From a virus (lineage: Duplodnaviria > Caudoviricetes), in IMG/VR virus record IMGVR_UViG_3300038679_000051, positions 256,400 through 320,399 of that record: a stretch of DNA of 64,000 nucleotides, one strand, 5' to 3'. This document shows, in pieces, positions 61,492-64,000 of this stretch (within the stretch, counting starts at the first letter, position 1; each line of letters begins with the position of its first letter). The notes under the pieces were generated by a model that was not told the origin of the DNA, made no database searches, and saw only the letters and a list, made by a program, of their open reading frames with translations. The translations under genes were made by a program, and so were the position numbers.

Positions 61492-61498
61492 CAAATAT
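61492..61498 (+). promoter_or_regulatory. putative late promoter variant (CAAATAT)
   Basis: Upstream of the AAGGAG RBS of 61536. Confidence 0.4.
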
Positions 61499-61535
61499 CT
61501 TATAAGATTGGACAAAAGAAAAGGAGACGACACCA

Positions 61536-61886
61536 ATGGCGACGATTGATAGGGAAGATGTAGAGAAGATGATTGATCGGCATCAAAGCTCATGTCTAAA
61601 ACCAATAGAAACGTCATTAGGGCACATGACGGGTACGTTGACGGCAATTAGCAATACGTTGGATGCAGTCAGACAGGAAATCACCGGTATTAGTTTAGAT
61701 AACAATTCTATGAATGAGCGGCTCCGACACGGTTCAGCGACGTTCCAAACGATCCACGCACAAATTGGTGACATACAAAGAATGCAGAATAAGTTGCAGA
61801 TGAGTTTATGGAAATTAGTCGTCCTAGTAGCTGCGAGTGGTACCACTGGTGTGGCAATTGCTAAGATGTTTATTGGTGGTGGGTAA
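61536..61886 (+). CDS. coiled-coil protein with C-terminal TM helix (holin/XhlA-like)
   Basis: Heptads followed by LWKLVVLVAASGTTGVAIA. Confidence 0.5.
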   Translation: MATIDREDVEKMIDRHQSSCLKPIETSLGHMTGTLTAISNTLDAVRQEITGISLDNNSMNERLRHGSATFQTIHAQIGDIQRMQNKLQMSLWKLVVLVAASGTTGVAIAKMFIGGG

Positions 61887-61924
61887 TGTTTTATAGCTGA
61901 AAATATATTGAAAAGGAGAACGAT

Positions 61925-62707
61925 ATGGCACAATTTCCGCGAATTTCTGGGAGAGTTGGTCAGACCATAATTCTGGACAATACGTTCTATCACGCTGGAA
62001 TTGCAGCCGAACCATATGCCGTGCGACGAATAGAAATTTATAAAAGTTCTGTTAGAGATGAAAATTTGGTCACAGTCATACCAATTTCATATCCACACGA
62101 TTCTGAGTATCCGTTTCCATTAGAAAGAGTGAATGACAGGCCGGGGTATTTGCGTCTCCCCTGGGCCGTGCCGGTAGACCTGAGTGCACCAGCGGCATAT
62201 TTCGACAAATGGGTGTTCATACCGGATGACGTTTATTCTTCTGGTGGGACTGAAGTTGATCCTGATGATCCATCGATTCAACAAGAGAAATGTTCTCGTT
62301 TTTGGTTGTACCCAGATCAATGGTTCGTTGACGATGGTTTAGAGACCGTCCGTTTCGGTTTTGAACCACTTGATTCTAAGTTTAACAAGGGTGACAAACG
62401 AATGCTGGAAGTTGGCCTGATGCCACTTCCATTATACGATTATGATCACAATTTAGTCGTGCCATTGATACCGTTTCTACAAGGTTTCATCCATATCGAA
62501 ACGCAGAATTGTGAAATTATCGTTGACAAGGAACCCATGACAATTGGCATTAGACAAGGTTCATATCGTTCAAATCCATTCGTTATGAAATCGTTGATAG
62601 ACACTAGTGGTTTTCTCATTGGCACGTATAAATATTACGTCTCAATCGAAATGCCAAACGGTCAAGTGCTTAGAAGCAATGAATTTCATTTCACTATTGG
62701 TGGTTAA
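61925..62707 (+). CDS. putative virion structural protein (Ig-like)
   Basis: AAGGAG RBS; AAAATAT motif upstream; beta-rich. Confidence 0.55.
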   Translation: MAQFPRISGRVGQTIILDNTFYHAGIAAEPYAVRRIEIYKSSVRDENLVTVIPISYPHDSEYPFPLERVNDRPGYLRLPWAVPVDLSAPAAYFDKWVFIPDDVYSSGGTEVDPDDPSIQQEKCSRFWLYPDQWFVDDGLETVRFGFEPLDSKFNKGDKRMLEVGLMPLPLYDYDHNLVVPLIPFLQGFIHIETQNCEIIVDKEPMTIGIRQGSYRSNPFVMKSLIDTSGFLIGTYKYYVSIEMPNGQVLRSNEFHFTIGG

Positions 62708-62710
62708 TGA

Positions 62711-63343
62711 TTATTTGATATATTTTGGTGGGCCAATCCTAATAATGGTTCTAACATCTCTTGGTTGTGTTTCTAATTCTCTTTCCAATTCTCGTAATGC
62801 ATTTAATTTCTGAACGTATGCCATATGCCATTTGGTTCTGTCTTCTGGAAGTGGACTAGATCTTGACAATCGTAAACAGAGCATTGTTTCTTCTCTAAGG
62901 ACGTTTATTCTGGTTTGTAGACATGCATTGTCTTGGATTAGGGCAATTTTGTCGGCTTCGGCGATCAATTCTTTATGTTGTTGTCTAAGTTCATCCCATT
63001 TTAAAGAAATGCGAAATCGACGATAATCAATTATTGTTTGTTGTAGATTGGTTACATTCGTTCCTATTTCGTCTAGAATTCTATTTGCCTGTTGCTTGAG
63101 GTCGTGCCATTCTGCCGACCATCCCTTTCGTTCTTCGTTGTCGGTTGTGGAATCATGGCGTTGTCTGACTATGGCAATCCGGTCCATAATTTGAGACATC
63201 TTCAATTTTAATTCGTTATCATTTTTGGCATTAACGATGGCTGTAGCTAAAGTAATTATCCTATCATTTGTGGATCTATTGTGGATGTACTCTTGGGCGA
63301 AGCCCGAAACACAACCTAAAAGAATTAAAACCGTCCATTTCAT
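62711..63343 (-). CDS. secreted coiled-coil protein
   Basis: Signal-peptide-like MKWTVLILLGCVSGFAQE; GAGGAGG RBS. Confidence 0.65.
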   Translation of the reverse strand: MKWTVLILLGCVSGFAQEYIHNRSTNDRIITLATAIVNAKNDNELKLKMSQIMDRIAIVRQRHDSTTDNEERKGWSAEWHDLKQQANRILDEIGTNVTNLQQTIIDYRRFRISLKWDELRQQHKELIAEADKIALIQDNACLQTRINVLREETMLCLRLSRSSPLPEDRTKWHMAYVQKLNALRELERELETQPRDVRTIIRIGPPKYIK

Positions 63344-63470
63344 CGCAATTCCCTCCTCTGCTGTAAAATAACGCGAATGTCATTTCGCGTAAATGTTTGC
63401 TGTTCGGCGGTCGATCTGATATAATATCATCACTAAAACATATCATTAGGCTAGCATAGGAGATGAAGAC

Positions 63471-64000
63471 ATGTCCGACATTGCTCATCCTACATATAGA
63501 GGCGACCCACCAAGTCCAGCAAATGGATATATCTGGTATAATTTGTTGACTGGTAAGGTGAGAATACGTGAGGGAAACACCACCAGAGATATAGGTTCTG
63601 GTATCGGCGCACAGGGACCATTAGGTCCGCAAGGCACTGCTGGTGCCCAGGGCACTACTGGAAGTGGTACGCAGGGTCCCCAGGGTAATATTGGCCCACA
63701 AAATGTTGCGGGTGATCAGGGCACTCAGGGTCCACAAGGCACTGGTACGCAGGGTCCCCAGGGTTATCAGGGTCCAACAGGACCACAAGGTCATCAGGGT
63801 CCAACAGGACCACAAGGTCATCAGGGTCCAACAGGACCACAGGGTTATCAGGGTCCAACAGGACCACAAGGTCATCAGGGTCCAACAGGACCACAAGGTC
63901 ATCAGGGTCCAACAGGACCACAAGGTCATCAGGGTCCAACAGGACCACAAGGTCATCAGGGTCCAACAGGACCACAAGGTCATCAGGGTCCAACAGGACC
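63471..64000 (+). CDS. collagen-like protein, 3'-truncated (not in the ORF track)
   Basis: ATG 63471 after AGGAG; [25 protein letters not shown]..; open to the window end. Confidence 0.8.
   Translation, partial: MSDIAHPTYRGDPPSPANGYIWYNLLTGKVRIREGNTTRDIGSGIGAQGPLGPQGTAGAQGTTGSGTQGPQGNIGPQNVAGDQGTQGPQGTGTQGPQGYQGPTGPQGHQGPTGPQGHQGPTGPQGYQGPTGPQGHQGPTGPQGHQGPTGPQGHQGPTGPQGHQGPTGPQGHQGPTG
63762..64000 (+). repeat. 27-bp coding tandem repeat (G[H/Y]QGPTGPQ, about 9 copies)
   Basis: GGTCATCAGGGTCCAACAGGACCACAA units, in frame, with period 27. Confidence 0.9.

Noticed and set aside
63621-63993. Highly periodic minus-strand ORFs (MTLWSCWTL and LLDPDDLVV repeats) and CRISPR-like periodicity
   Set aside because: They are antisense shadows of the in-frame GHQGPTGPQ collagen repeat; there are no unique spacers, so this is not CRISPR.
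1-64000. Stop-codon reassignment (alternative genetic code)
   Set aside because: TAA, TGA and TAG each terminate well-formed genes (e.g. TAG at 2655 and 12093), and coding density is high under the standard code.
1-64000. tRNA, rRNA, group I/II introns, inteins, IS elements
   Set aside because: No cloverleaf, intein (C..HN) or transposase signatures recognised by eye; tRNAscan/Infernal were not run, so small RNAs cannot be fully excluded.

Overview
The window is a 64 kb segment of a large, T4-like (myovirus/jumbo-type) phage genome; no host rRNA, tRNA, CRISPR array or integrase was seen. Structural genes: two gp19-like tail tube paralogs, a gp26/gp51-like baseplate hub pair, a gp2-like DNA end protector, five collagen (Gly-X-Y) fibre genes in two paralogous cassettes plus one truncated at the right edge, two tail-collar fibres with His-x-His tips, adhesin-like beta-helix fibres and an S74-chaperone fibre. 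Modification genes: about a dozen glycan-type enzymes (GT2-TPR, GT-A+GT25, GT2, GT-A+O-methyltransferase, GT4, sulfotransferase, methyltransferases, HAD phosphatase, BNR/sialidase-like). Other genes: three paralogous Vsr/DUF559 endonuclease-Mom-like GNAT fusions, three nucleotidyltransferase-fold proteins, a block of proteins with L/I-x-E N-termini resembling head-packaged proteins, a ferritin-like protein, a spore-photoproduct-lyase plus HemN-like radical SAM pair, GGCT and RarA. A recurrent YAAAYAT/TAAATA motif upstream of many genes looks like a late promoter. Best candidates for new biology: (1) a phage-encoded glycosylation/sulfation/methylation pathway for its own Thr/Ser-rich collagen fibres, whose enzymes share a conserved N-terminal leader peptide; (2) capsid-targeted nucleotidyltransferases; (3) the expanded endonuclease-acyltransferase family. 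All family assignments are from motif recognition by eye; no database searches were run.
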